A stretch of DNA of 42,242 bases from Terriglobales bacterium (GCA_035517535.1 DATIYR010000125.1:1-42242); one strand, 5' to 3'. Counted from the first letter of the stretch, positions 26,901 through 35,275 are shown. The notes: generated by a model from the letters alone, not told the origin. Program-made: numbers and translations.

Positions 26901-29583
26901 TCGGTCCGACTTCCACGAATACGCGAGCGCCTGCCTCATACAGCGTGCGCAATCCGGTCACGAACTGCACCGGCGATGCCACTTGCTGGGCAAGAATATC
27001 CAGCATCTGCGCCACGACATTCGCACCCGTGGGATAGAATTTTCCATTTGTGTTGGCAACAATTGGCAGCTTGGCCGGCTGCAGGTGCAAACGCTCGAGC
27101 ACGCGCCGCAAGGGTTCGCTCGCCGGTGCTACGATCGAAGTATGGAAGGCGTGACTCACCGGCAGTGGTGAAACTTCATAGCCCGCCTTCTGGAAGATCT
27201 CCATCGCCTGCTCGACGGCCTTGCTGGCGCCGCCAATTACTGATTGGTGTTCGCTGTTGATGTTGGCGATCACTACATAGCCATCGATCGCCTTGAGCAG
27301 ACGTTCGATTTCTTCGAGCGGCGCGAACACCGCAGCCATGCGGCCGTTATCCGCTACCGCGAACTGCGTCATTTCACGTCCGCGGGCGCTGACCGCTTCA
27401 AGCGCGTCGGCGAATGGCAGCGCATCGGCTGCGACCAACGCGCCGTATTCTCCCAGGCTGTGACCCATCGTAAAGTCAGGCGTGATACCGTATGCCGCGA
27501 GCAGGCGGGTCAACGCAAGATCCGCGGCGAGAACTGCCGGTTGCGTGATGGCAGTCTGCCGCAGGTCGTCTTCCGCTTTTGCCACTACCTCATCGTTGCC
27601 GCGATCAACAAAGATGAAGTCCGTGAGTGGTTTGCCCAGCAGCGGCATCATCACGCGATCGGCCTCAGCGAAGACTTCAGCAACGATGGGCTCCGAGTCG
27701 CACAGCGGCTTAAGCATGTTCACGTACTGTGAGCCCTGGCCTGGATACAGGAACGCAACTTTCTGTGAAGCACCGTGACCACGAAAGATGCCTTGCGCAC
27801 GAAGAGCTTTCCAGATGGCGGGCTGATTGGCAGCAAACGCCTTAAGCGCGCTTGCCGCTTTTGCGGACAAGTCTGCGGCGTCGGCATAATCGATGGCGAG
27901 CCGTTCCGGCGCATGCACGTCGGCTTCCGCCGGCGCGGATGGAGCAGGAACAATCCCCGATTTCGCATCTTTTTCTGCGGCGCGCAGGCGGTCGATGATA
28001 TCGCCTTCAGAAGTAGCTCCGATTACCAGTGCGCCGCGTAATGGAGACTTATAAGAAGATGCGGCGGAAGTTGACGCCTGTTTTGCGGTCATACCGCCTT
28101 CCACACTTTTCGCAGCAGCCTCAGTCACAGCGAACGGCGTCTTTCCGTTCCCATTCAACCTGTGTGGGATGTATTCCTCGAGCACGGCATGAAAATTCGT
28201 TCCGCCGAATCCAAAAGCGCTCAAACCGGCACGGCGCACGCCATCCGGAGGGACCGTCCACGCCTTCAGCTCGGTGTTGACGTATAGTGGCGAATGCGCG
28301 AAATCGATGTCCGGATTCGGGTGCTCGCAGTGCACGCTCGGCGGCAGCACTTTATCGTGCAGAGCAAGTGTGGCTTTGAGGAATCCCGCTGCTCCAGCCG
28401 CGCCTTTCAAATGTCCAAAGTTCGACTTCACAGACCCGAGCCCAACCAAGTGGGCCGGCAAATGATAGGTGCTGAGCACTTCGGCCAGGCTCTGTACTTC
28501 GACCACATCGCCTACGCGTGTTGACGTTCCGTGGCCTTCAAAGTAAGTCGCCGTCGCGGGTGACAACCCTGCGTTTTGCCATCCGCGTTCAACCGCGAGC
28601 TTTTGGCCAATGGGATTGGGCGCAGTAATTCCTTTCCCTTTTCCATCACTTGAGCCACCCATGCCGCGCAGCACCGCGTAAATTTTGTCGCCGTCGCGCT
28701 CAGCATCGGCGAGCCGCTTCATCAGAAAAAGTGCGGCGCCTTCGCCCATCACGAATCCGTCAGCACCTTCCGCATAAGGACGTGTCCCCGTTGCCGAGAG
28801 GGCGCCAATCTTGCAGAACTTGACGAACGTTGACGCACCCATGTTGCGATCGATACCGCCGGTGACTACCGCATCGAAATCTTTTTCGACCAGACCCTCG
28901 ACGGCCGAACTCATCGCCGCCATGGCTGAAGCGCAGGCGGCGTCGCAGATGTAATTCGGTCCGTGAAAGTTGAAAACGTTCGCGATTCTTCCGGCAATGC
29001 AGTTCGAGAGTTCTCCCGGCATGCTGTCTTCGGTGACTTCGGGAAGATATTTGGCCATGCGCTCGTGTAATTCGCGGGTAATCTCTTTGCGCAACTCTTC
29101 CGGCAGATTCGCGAAGCTGGTGACCCCTGACAGCTCGCGAGCGTACTCAGGAAAATAAATGCGGAGCGAAGTCAGATAATGCTTTTCGCCAGCCATAGCG
29201 TTGCCGAGAATCACCGCCGTGCGGTCCGGATTCAGCGGGCGATTGGGATAGCCGAAATCTTCGAGCGCCTGGCGAGTGCAGGCAATCGCCCATTTTTGCG
29301 CACCATCCATCGCGTCAACCACACGCGGTGGGACGGGCAAATGCCACTTGATCGGGTCCCACGTGAACTCGCGCACCCAACCGCCGATTTTCGAATATGT
29401 CTTATCAGGGGCTGCGGGATCGGGATCGTAATAAAGCGCCGGGTCCCAGCGTTTGGGATCAACTTCGGTTACGCTGTATCGTCCGTTCTTGATGTTTTCC
29501 CAAAACGCAGAGACATTTGGCGCATCGGGCAGAACGGCACCAAGCCCGACGATGGCGATGGCTCGGTATGAAGTGTTTTCCAT
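20986..29583 (-). CDS. PUFA-synthase (PfaA)-like iterative type I polyketide/fatty-acid megasynthase: KS-AT-KS-ACP-ACP-ACP-KR-DH
   Basis: 2865 aa. AGGAG Shine-Dalgarno 7 nt upstream of the ATG. Domain motifs are listed in the sub-features below. No ER, TE or MT domain recognised. Confidence 0.95.
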   Translation of the reverse strand: MENTSYRAIAIVGLGAVLPDAPNVSAFWENIKNGRYSVTEVDPKRWDPALYYDPDPAAPDKTYSKIGGWVREFTWDPIKWHLPVPPRVVDAMDGAQKWAIACTRQALEDFGYPNRPLNPDRTAVILGNAMAGEKHYLTSLRIYFPEYARELSGVTSFANLPEELRKEITRELHERMAKYLPEVTEDSMPGELSNCIAGRIANVFNFHGPNYICDAACASAMAAMSSAVEGLVEKDFDAVVTGGIDRNMGASTFVKFCKIGALSATGTRPYAEGADGFVMGEGAALFLMKRLADAERDGDKIYAVLRGMGGSSDGKGKGITAPNPIGQKLAVERGWQNAGLSPATATYFEGHGTSTRVGDVVEVQSLAEVLSTYHLPAHLVGLGSVKSNFGHLKGAAGAAGFLKATLALHDKVLPPSVHCEHPNPDIDFAHSPLYVNTELKAWTVPPDGVRRAGLSAFGFGGTNFHAVLEEYIPHRLNGNGKTPFAVTEAAAKSVEGGMTAKQASTSAASSYKSPLRGALVIGATSEGDIIDRLRAAEKDAKSGIVPAPSAPAEADVHAPERLAIDYADAADLSAKAASALKAFAANQPAIWKALRAQGIFRGHGASQKVAFLYPGQGSQYVNMLKPLCDSEPIVAEVFAEADRVMMPLLGKPLTDFIFVDRGNDEVVAKAEDDLRQTAITQPAVLAADLALTRLLAAYGITPDFTMGHSLGEYGALVAADALPFADALEAVSARGREMTQFAVADNGRMAAVFAPLEEIERLLKAIDGYVVIANINSEHQSVIGGASKAVEQAMEIFQKAGYEVSPLPVSHAFHTSIVAPASEPLRRVLERLHLQPAKLPIVANTNGKFYPTGANVVAQMLDILAQQVASPVQFVTGLRTLYEAGARVFVEVGPKKALQGFAEDVLGPRGDVTWLFTNHPKVGDIISFNQALCCLYAAGLGCGTPDTNEVAVTTASAETPKTTRMYRPAPSQAIAAKKERTAASGAVKSFSTPSSNGDRYVELGHLFEEVLERGWQITHGKTPAANDEPVVVTGAALGLPGSEHIFDDSNIARLLRGDQFIDAIPTRFRRAMLDKHITRLVKSDDGGGNFETITDVADVIKLAGRAGAFDLENEFGVSADRRASLDRDTQLAIAVGLDALRDAGIPLVLHYKTTSKGTKLPDRWVLPDSLRDETGVIFASAFPGLDSFADEMSRYYADHARREQLAGLQSLRARVTETNGYSILAQEIDRRIEELCDILERQPYVFDRRYLFRVLPMGHSQFAEFIGARGPNTQINSACASTTQAIALAEDWIRDGRCSRVIVIAADDITTDNLIDWFGAGFLASGAAATDEVVEEAAVPFDRRRHGMIIGMGAAGLVVESAEAARGRGIQPICEVLSAVTANSAFHGTRLDVQHIGQVMETLIATAEARSGIDRNQIAPRTVFVSHETYTPARGGSAAAEIHALRQVFGKAADQIVIANTKGFTGHAMGAGVEDVLAVKSLETGIVPPVANFKEVDPELGTLNLSKGGAYPIEYALRLGAGFGSQISMTLLRWFVTKDGVRRSPKALGYSYRIADQEAWAKWLSRLAGHENADLEVVHRTLRVRDEAARGAHVTKDADAVPLPAVKAKPAILIETAVVKPVAQVSATPAIQKASSVAVAEAQPQAEVKVAAAPPVPLPQAAPTNKGSAEDSVKDRILALVVEKTGYPKEMLDLDLDLEADLGVDTVKQAEIFASIRETYNIPRDENRKLRDYPTLGHVIRFVYEKRPDLADSANAVSPPSSIKVEPKEPPSVSKTSESKPEIAAAAKSTATTPANGDAVKERILDLVVEKTGYPKEMLDLDLDLEADLGVDTVKQAEMFAAIREIYNIPRDENRKLRDYPTLGHVIRFVYEKRSDLAAAPAAAKSEITSESVQERAKPQHAPVSTAPTIEAIKERVLEIVAEKTGYPKEMLDLDLDLEADLGIDTVKQAEMFAAVRASYNIPRDENLKLRDFSTLAHVIKFAQDRAGGQSASAPAKEEADRKPAPAPVEGKKTPRPEPANFDAANKVPRRVPIPMLRPPLDICKPSGVKLEHGKRVIVMPDKAGVAQKLAQALREKGVEVLLIESAPTADSIVTQIENWAMAGRIDGVYWLPALDSEGQLTTMDLNAWHEAVRMRVKLLYATMRKLYEHIAKPGTFLVSATRLGGQHGYDAAGAAAPLGGGVVGFTKAYKRERPDAFVKAVDFEIECKPEEIAALLIEETLCDPGAIEIGYKNKLRWTIGLEEQPAADGQPGIALDENTVLLITGAAGSIVSAITADLAAASGGTFYLLDVVPEPDPNNPDLKLFVSDREALKRELFSRIQARGERATPVMMEKELAALERAHAAQTAIDAVRAAGGTAKYFSVDLTNAEAVERIIREVRDHSGRVDFLLHAAGIERSRPLSEKQPAEFDFVFDVKSDGFFNLLRAIGNMPLAATVVFSSIAGRLGNSGQTDYSAANDLLCKITSSFRTTRLQTRGIAIDWTAWGGVGMASRGSIPKIMEAAGIDMLPPEAGVPIVRREVTEGGTRGEVVIANRLGVLAKEWDDSGGIDLAATNGEKASATRKPMLGKIASSGVLTPLTIKTTLDPKVQPFLYDHQIDGTPVLPGVMGVEAFTEAALVPLPGWHVESVEQVDYHTPFKFYRNEPRTVTVENVIHPDGDGLVADCKLIGCRSLPNQIEPQVTTHFTARVRLTRETQKPSSVPKIGTPSGNVVNRKEIYGLYFHGPAYQVIEKAWWDGDRIIGLMANNLPNNHVPPESQTVAAPRLIELCFQTAGVWEMGVQGWMGLPLHIDSVSLFGARENVADPLYAVVTRVPDEDKFDAEIVDGKGNCYLRLKGYRTVAVPNAVDKERLAKLQGAMALEAVAA
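20989..21890 (-). other. PKS domain DH (polyketide-type double hot-dog dehydratase)
   Basis: FLYDHQIDGTPVLPGVMGVE (HxxxGxxxxP; His codon 21796-21798), later YGLYFHGPAYQ. Confidence 0.8.
22021..23420 (-). other. PKS domain KR (structural + catalytic subdomains)
   Basis: Rossmann motif LLITGAAGSIVSA (22741-22800). Catalytic Tyr in QTDYSAAN (codon 22222-22224). Confidence 0.85.
23626..24561 (-). repeat. Three tandem in-frame ACP-domain coding repeats (periods 381 and 339 nt)
   Basis: ..[DE]R[IV]L[ADE][LI]V[VA]EKTGYPKEMLDLDLDLEADLG[VI]DTVKQAE[IM]FA.. occurs three times, separated by Ala/Pro/Ser linkers. The DNA copies are roughly 80% identical by eye. Confidence 0.9.
24982..26502 (-). other. 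PKS domain KS2 (second, FabF/FabB-like ketosynthase with intact Cys-His-His)
   Basis: QINSACASTTQAIA (Cys1279, codon 25747-25749), VSHETYTPARGGSAAAE, ANTKGFTGHAMGAGVED. A long insertion lies ahead of the active-site Cys. Confidence 0.8.
26881..27765 (-). other. PKS domain AT (malonyl-CoA:ACP transacylase type)
   Basis: VAFLYPGQGSQY, GHSLGEYGA (Ser709, codon 27457-27459), VSHAFHT. Confidence 0.9.
28171..29565 (-). other. PKS domain KS1 (PfaA-type ketosynthase)
   Basis: DAACASAMAAM (Cys217, codon 28933-28935), EGHGTSTRVGD, KSNFGHLKGAAG. Ends GGTNFHAVLEEY. Confidence 0.9.
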
Positions 29584-29633
29584 GACTGCGCTCCTGTAAA
29601 ACGAAATCAGATATAAAACTCACATTTAAAAAT

Positions 29634-31313
29634 TCACGCCGCCCGCTCAGCTTTAGCCGCGCGGCCATACAAAACGTCGGCTACATAATCCATATCTGTA
29701 ATCAAGCCAGCTTGCGCACTGTGCGTCGCGGGCAAATTCACTGTTAACTCAAATGCCGGTAATTCGGAGTTGCTCAGGCCGCCCGCCCCAATCAACCAAC
29801 GCAGACCACCCTCAGCAACTTTGAGCGCCGCATCGCGCGCACAAATCCTGCTGATCGCTGCCAGCCCGGCTTCATCAAATCGCCGGTTGGTTTTTTCGTT
29901 CAGTTTGTTTTCTGCCATCAGAGCTGCACGTCGCGCCAGACTGCCCGCGCATTCCGCGTAGGCGATCAACTCGCCGAGGCGAAGGAGAATGTGTTGATAG
30001 CGAGTAAGTCGTGCGACGCGCGTCTTCTCCATAATTTCCGCGAGCGCGTGCATCGCCAGCGCGGCATGGTCGGATCCAACTTTTGGATGTCGCCGATGCA
30101 ACTCTTCAAATTTCTTCGCCTGATCGTGATAATGCTGGCCACGTGTCTTCAAATGCGTCTGCCAGCGATCGCGGGCGATGGTCATCTCCATGATCTCGGA
30201 AGTGCCTTCGTAAATGATGGTGATGCGCACGTCGCGGCTGATCTTCTCCACCATGTACTCGTGCGTGTAGCCGTATCCGCCGAGCGCCTGAATGCTGGCC
30301 TCAGCCGCAGCATTCCCTGCTTCTGTCGCCATATACTTCGCGATCGCGCCTTCGGTATTGAGGCTGCCTTCGCCCGCGTCGATACGCTCGGCAGTTTCCT
30401 CGATGTAGGCACGCGCGGCTTCGAGTCGCACCACGTTGGGCACGATCAGCTTATGGGTGTAGCCTTGCTTTTCTGACAGCGGCGCGCCGGCTTGAATGCG
30501 CTTCGTCGAGTATGGGATGGCGCGATCGAGAGCCGACCATCCTGCGCCGAGACCAAATGCAGCCACCATCAGGCGCGTGTAGCCAAATACAGCCTGCGCC
30601 TGAATCAAGCCCTGACCTTCGACGCCTCCAACCAGTCGGTCCGCCGGAACGAAAACGTTATCGAGCGCCAGCGCCGCGGTGTTGCTCAGACGAATGCCGT
30701 GTTTATCTTCCGGCTCATCATGCGTGAAGCCTTTCAGTCCTTTTTCGAGGATGAACCAACTGGGACCACTCGGGGTGTTGGCCAGCACCGTGTACGCGTC
30801 AGCGATGCCGCCATTGCTGATCCATTGCTTGTTGCCGGTGATTTTGTAACCAACAATTTTGCCGTCTTCGATCACCCGCTCAGCCGTCGTGCGCAGCGCG
30901 CCCAGGTCACTACCGGCCTCGGGCTCTGTCGCGCCGTAGGCAAAAAGAATTCCTTCTTCCGCAATGTGCGACAGCCAGATCTTTTTTTGCTCCGGCGTGG
31001 CGCCGACGGTGATGGGATCGCTGCCGAGAAAGGTTGCAAGCACGGAAGTGGCGACGCCTAGATCGATGCGGGCCATCTCCTCGCACACGCAGTACACGTC
31101 GAAGGTGTTGCCGCCCATGCCGCCATACTCTTCGGGAATGAATAAAAGCTGAATTCCCAGCTTGTCCGGGCTGCACATGTGGTGGACCACATCGAGTGGA
31201 CATTCGTCTTTTTCGTCCAGCTCGATCAGGGTTTCGTCGGGCAGACGCTTTTTCGCGAATTCGCGCAGCGATTTCAAGCTCAACTTGAGTGTTTTGGCGG
31301 TAATCATTGTCAT
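29634..31313 (-). CDS. Acyl-CoA dehydrogenase with a C-terminal extension of about 170 aa
   Basis: 559 aa. ..[17 protein letters not shown].., ..[10 protein letters not shown].., catalytic-base region [12 protein letters not shown]. Starts 4 nt after the etfA stop. The ATG at 31307 is an alternative start with better Shine-Dalgarno spacing. Confidence 0.9.
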   Translation of the reverse strand: MTMITAKTLKLSLKSLREFAKKRLPDETLIELDEKDECPLDVVHHMCSPDKLGIQLLFIPEEYGGMGGNTFDVYCVCEEMARIDLGVATSVLATFLGSDPITVGATPEQKKIWLSHIAEEGILFAYGATEPEAGSDLGALRTTAERVIEDGKIVGYKITGNKQWISNGGIADAYTVLANTPSGPSWFILEKGLKGFTHDEPEDKHGIRLSNTAALALDNVFVPADRLVGGVEGQGLIQAQAVFGYTRLMVAAFGLGAGWSALDRAIPYSTKRIQAGAPLSEKQGYTHKLIVPNVVRLEAARAYIEETAERIDAGEGSLNTEGAIAKYMATEAGNAAAEASIQALGGYGYTHEYMVEKISRDVRITIIYEGTSEIMEMTIARDRWQTHLKTRGQHYHDQAKKFEELHRRHPKVGSDHAALAMHALAEIMEKTRVARLTRYQHILLRLGELIAYAECAGSLARRAALMAENKLNEKTNRRFDEAGLAAISRICARDAALKVAEGGLRWLIGAGGLSNSELPAFELTVNLPATHSAQAGLITDMDYVADVLYGRAAKAERAA

Positions 31314-31317
31314 CTCC

Positions 31318-32304
31318 TCATTTCGCAGCGACGCCGTGCAGTTCGCGAACTTTGCTGGTCATCTCGGGCAGGAACTCGAGAATGTCATCGATGATTCCCA
31401 CGTCCGCCACTTGAAAAATTGGGGCCTTGGGATTTTTGTTGATGGCGATGATGAACGGATTGCCTTTCACCCCGGCCAAATGCTGCGACGAACCGCTGAT
31501 TCCGCAGGCCATATAAACCTTCGGCTTCACTGTTTTTCCTGACGAACCCACCTGGCGCGATTTTTCCAGCCATTTGGCATCGACCACCGGACGCGAGCAG
31601 GAAACCGCCGCGCCCATAGCTTCGGCAAGCTCCTCTGCGATCGGAACATTGTCTTTTTCTTGTATGCCGCGGCCGATCGAAACCAGGACCGGGTACTTGG
31701 TGATATCAACGTCGCCAGATTCGGCCATGATCGTCTGCAGGTAACGCCGCCCTGCTGTGAGCGGGCCAACTTCTGCGGACTTGTCGATTACTGCCCCGGC
31801 CACCGCTCCGGCTTCTGTGGACTTGAACGCGCCGGGGCGAATTGTGATCACAGCGCCGGAGGAAATATCACATTTCATATGCGCGCTGACCTGGCCTCCG
31901 AATTCCTGGCGGACAACCTTGAGAAATGTGCTCTCGACGCCTTCGATCTCGACGACATCGGAAACATAGGCCGCGTTCAACTTGATGGAAAGTCCGGGAG
32001 CGAGATCGATGCCGAAGTGCGCGTGTGGAATTAGAAAAACGCTGTCCGGCGGAAGCACTTTGACCAGCGCCTTCCGGATCAGTTCCGCATTGGGATACGC
32101 AAGCACGTCGTACGAAATTTTCCAGACCTCTTTGTATGAGGCACAGACCGTTGTGCAAGCGGTTTCCAAGTCCGAACCCGCGCCGCTAACGATGGCGGTA
32201 ACTGGAGCCGCCGGATCAATCTGCCGTGCCGCGGCCAAAAGCTCAGCAGCGGAGTCGTCGACCACGCCGCCTCTATGCACGATGTAAGTGAAAATTGCAG
32301 GCAT
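31318..32304 (-). CDS. etfA: Electron transfer flavoprotein, alpha subunit
   Basis: 328 aa. FAD-binding C-terminal signature ..[43 protein letters not shown]... 1-nt overlap (TAATG) with etfB. Confidence 0.9.
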   Translation of the reverse strand: MPAIFTYIVHRGGVVDDSAAELLAAARQIDPAAPVTAIVSGAGSDLETACTTVCASYKEVWKISYDVLAYPNAELIRKALVKVLPPDSVFLIPHAHFGIDLAPGLSIKLNAAYVSDVVEIEGVESTFLKVVRQEFGGQVSAHMKCDISSGAVITIRPGAFKSTEAGAVAGAVIDKSAEVGPLTAGRRYLQTIMAESGDVDITKYPVLVSIGRGIQEKDNVPIAEELAEAMGAAVSCSRPVVDAKWLEKSRQVGSSGKTVKPKVYMACGISGSSQHLAGVKGNPFIIAINKNPKAPIFQVADVGIIDDILEFLPEMTSKVRELHGVAAK

Positions 32305-33095
32305 TATTTCAACCCTCCTTTGGCTGCGACCAACTCCAGAACCTTGTCAATGTTTTCTTCGCGGCTTCCTTCGAGAATTTCAGCGCCTTTACCGACTGTG
32401 GGCACGAAGTAATCAATGCGTTGCACCTTTGCGGCTTTAGCACCGACTGAGTTCGGATCAAGCCCCAAATCAGAGACGCCGTAAGTCGCGATCGGAACGG
32501 AAGCGACCGCGCGAATACCTCGCATTCCGACATATCGCGGGTCGTTGATACCGGTCTGAATTGAGAGCACGCATGGCAGGTCAATTTCGCTGATCTCTTT
32601 GTTCCCGCCTTCAATTTCGCGGCTGATTTTCAGCTTATTGCCATCAATCACTTCGATCGCGCTGACAAGAGAGGCGAATGGATAGTCGAGCATCGCCGCC
32701 AGCATGCCGCCAACTTCCGCCGCGCCCGCCTCGGCCTGAACACCGGTCAGGATCAGGTCGTAACTACCTTGTTCGACAAAGCGCTTGAGGATCGCCGCGA
32801 TTCCGCGTCCGTCTGAACCGGCGAAGGTATCGTCGGAAATCAGCACGCCGTGGTTGGCGCCCATTGCCATCTCGCGGCGCAACACCTCTTCGTCATCTTC
32901 GTTGCCGACAGTGACCACGGTGACCTTCCCACCCACGCGTCCGACGATCTGCAGCGCCTCTTCGACCGCGTAGTTGTCCGGTTCGTTAATTGAATAAACC
33001 AACTCATCGCGCTCGATATCGCTGCCGGCAGCATTGAGTTGAATCTCGTTTTCCGATGTGTCGGGTACTCGCTTTACGCAAACTAGAATTTCCAC
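32304..33095 (-). CDS. etfB: Electron transfer flavoprotein, beta subunit
   Basis: (V)EILVCVKRVPDTSENEIQL.. is the typical EtfB N-terminus. I place the start at the GTG at 33095, with GGGAGG 5 nt upstream and 2 nt after the Fe-S protein stop. The track start at 33116 is another GTG that overlaps the upstream gene by 19 nt. Confidence 0.9.
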   Translation of the reverse strand: MEILVCVKRVPDTSENEIQLNAAGSDIERDELVYSINEPDNYAVEEALQIVGRVGGKVTVVTVGNEDDEEVLRREMAMGANHGVLISDDTFAGSDGRGIAAILKRFVEQGSYDLILTGVQAEAGAAEVGGMLAAMLDYPFASLVSAIEVIDGNKLKISREIEGGNKEISEIDLPCVLSIQTGINDPRYVGMRGIRAVASVPIATYGVSDLGLDPNSVGAKAAKVQRIDYFVPTVGKGAEILEGSREENIDKVLELVAAKGGLK

Positions 33096-33097
33096 AA

Positions 33098-35221
33098 TTA
33101 CCTCCCTGCAACGCACTCTGCCTGCATTTCGAACGTGCTCTTTGTCTGCGGCGGAATTTCGCGGACCATCTGCTGCTCTGCCAATTCGGCAATGTCGATC
33201 GCCGTCATCTTTCCTTCTAAACCAGCGACTTTGATTGCGTCTTCAATGTTGGCCATGCAGAACGGGCAGGCCGTGACGATCACATTCGCCCCTGCTTCGG
33301 CCGCCATACGCACACGCTTGACCCCGATGCGCTCTTCCTCTTTCGGCTCGTAAAACAGCATCAACCCACCTCCGCCACAACAAAACGACCGGTCGCGCGA
33401 ACGCTTCATTTCAACTCGCCTCAGGCCAGGAATCGCATCCAGCACCTCGCGCGGATCGTCGTAGATTTGGTTATGGCGGCCTAGGTAGCACGGGTCGTGG
33501 TAGGTATAAACCTTGTCGCCTTCGATCGGATTGAACTTGACCTTCCCTGCTTTGACTCCGCGCGCAATCACCTGGCTGATATGCTCAACCGGCGGTACAT
33601 TCTTGTAGTCATGCTTGAGGGCGTTAAGCGCGTGGGGATCGGCGGTGACAATCTTCTGCACGCCGGAAGCTCTAATCGCCTCGGCATTTTGGTCGCGCAG
33701 TGAAATGAACAGCAGTTCTTCCCCGAAGCGTCGAACCTCGTGACCGCTGTCTTTTTCGGCCGCGCCCAAAATTCCGAAGTTTTCCCCAATGTGTTCGAGG
33801 ATCTTGGCCGTGGCGCGCCCAATGGAGTGCATGCGCTCGTCGTAGGACGTGATACTGTCCACGAAATAGAGCGTGTCAGCGCCGTTCTTGTCGAGGGTTT
33901 TCACGCGGCAGGTCTGCTGGAAATCTTTGGCATTGATCCAGTCGCTGCGCTTTTTCTCCATCTTGCCGTAAGGATTGCCGCGACTTTCGAGCGCCTTCAG
34001 CGGCTTCTGCAATGACTGAGGAACGCGCCCTTCATCGACCAGACCTCGCCGCAAATCGACAATCTTGTCGATGTACTCAATCAGCAACGGACACTCTTCC
34101 TCACAAGCGCCGCAGGTCGTGCACGACCAGATTTCATCCTCGGAGTAAATACCGCCGACCAGCGCTTTGCCATTTCCTGTGGGGCCGAACATCGGATAGT
34201 GCTGGAAGGCATAGTCGCGAGCCTTAATGGTCAAGAAACGCGGCGAGAGCGGACGTCCAGCCGCATTCGCTGGGCAATTGTCGGAGCAGCGTCCGCAGTC
34301 GGCGCAGGAATAAAAATCGAGCATGTGCTTCCAGGTGAAATCTTCAAACGTTTTCACGCCGAAGGACGTCAATTGATCCAGGTTCTCTTCGCTGACATCC
34401 CAGCGCACCGGCTTCAGAACTTCGCGATCGAGTTTCGAGAAGTAAACATTGAACAGAGACGTTTCAACATGGAACTGGATCCCAAATGGCCGGTAGCAAA
34501 GCAAGAAATAGAACGTAATCTCGTGGAGCAGATATCCGGCGAAGCAAAACTGCCCGATGCTCGAGAGTGATGCGGACACAAAGACCGTCTTCAACAGCCA
34601 GGGCAGCGAGTATGCGGCGGAGAAATGAGCGATCTGTCCCGCCTGCATCTGCCCCGCGGCTTTCGCGGCTTCAAACAAGCTGTCGGCGAGCATCAGAATC
34701 GCGATGAGTGCCAGCAGAAAAACCGCATCTGCTTTATGCGCCTTGCCAAACTTCGAAGGCACTTCGTAGCGCGCGGGCTTGAATACCACGCGGCGCACGA
34801 TAGCAAAAATCATGCACAGGAAAACGACCGTGGCGGCGTAGTCGGTCACGACTTCGTAGACGTGGCCGAGTTCCCCGCGCATTCCTGGCATTACAAAGTC
34901 AGGGGACGTGCCCAGGATCAGCACAGTGAAGGCGCGCATTGCGAGGAGAATGAATCCGGCGAAGAAGAGAATGTGAACAGTGCCGGCGACTTTGTAGCGA
35001 GGATGCTTCCACTGCCCCAGCCAGAACTTGCCCACTCTGCCCAGCCGCTCTAAAGGATGATCAAAGCGCAAATCACTTTGCGCTCGAACTAGCGGCACCA
35101 TCCTTCGCATCACGATGTAAGCGAAGCTTCCTACTCCAAGAAAATGAATGCACAGAAACAGCGCGTATCCCGGGGCAAGCCAGGATCCCAATTGCGCCGC
35201 AGCCTGAGTACTCGCCACCAT
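33098..35221 (-). CDS. Membrane-anchored Fe-S oxidoreductase (HdrD/GlpC-like, two 4Fe-4S motifs + CCG domains); ETF:quinone oxidoreductase-like
   Basis: 707 aa. About 6 N-terminal TM helices with conserved His. CADCGRCSDNCP and CTTCGACEEECP ferredoxin-type motifs. Cys-rich CCG-type regions (..SFCCGGGG.., ..HDPCYLGRHN.., ..VTACPFCM..). Confidence 0.85.
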   Translation of the reverse strand: MVASTQAAAQLGSWLAPGYALFLCIHFLGVGSFAYIVMRRMVPLVRAQSDLRFDHPLERLGRVGKFWLGQWKHPRYKVAGTVHILFFAGFILLAMRAFTVLILGTSPDFVMPGMRGELGHVYEVVTDYAATVVFLCMIFAIVRRVVFKPARYEVPSKFGKAHKADAVFLLALIAILMLADSLFEAAKAAGQMQAGQIAHFSAAYSLPWLLKTVFVSASLSSIGQFCFAGYLLHEITFYFLLCYRPFGIQFHVETSLFNVYFSKLDREVLKPVRWDVSEENLDQLTSFGVKTFEDFTWKHMLDFYSCADCGRCSDNCPANAAGRPLSPRFLTIKARDYAFQHYPMFGPTGNGKALVGGIYSEDEIWSCTTCGACEEECPLLIEYIDKIVDLRRGLVDEGRVPQSLQKPLKALESRGNPYGKMEKKRSDWINAKDFQQTCRVKTLDKNGADTLYFVDSITSYDERMHSIGRATAKILEHIGENFGILGAAEKDSGHEVRRFGEELLFISLRDQNAEAIRASGVQKIVTADPHALNALKHDYKNVPPVEHISQVIARGVKAGKVKFNPIEGDKVYTYHDPCYLGRHNQIYDDPREVLDAIPGLRRVEMKRSRDRSFCCGGGGLMLFYEPKEEERIGVKRVRMAAEAGANVIVTACPFCMANIEDAIKVAGLEGKMTAIDIAELAEQQMVREIPPQTKSTFEMQAECVAGR

Positions 35222-35275
35222 AGAGACCTACCCTCAATTGAAACTAGCCACGTCACCGGATCACCTCGCCCCATC

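Noticed and set aside
33095-33116. 19-nt overlap between the Fe-S oxidoreductase and etfB implied by the track (etfB start at 33116)
   Set aside because: The 33116 start is a GTG with no Shine-Dalgarno. A second GTG at 33095 is preceded by GGGAGG and yields the canonical EtfB N-terminus (V/M)EILVCVKRVPD.
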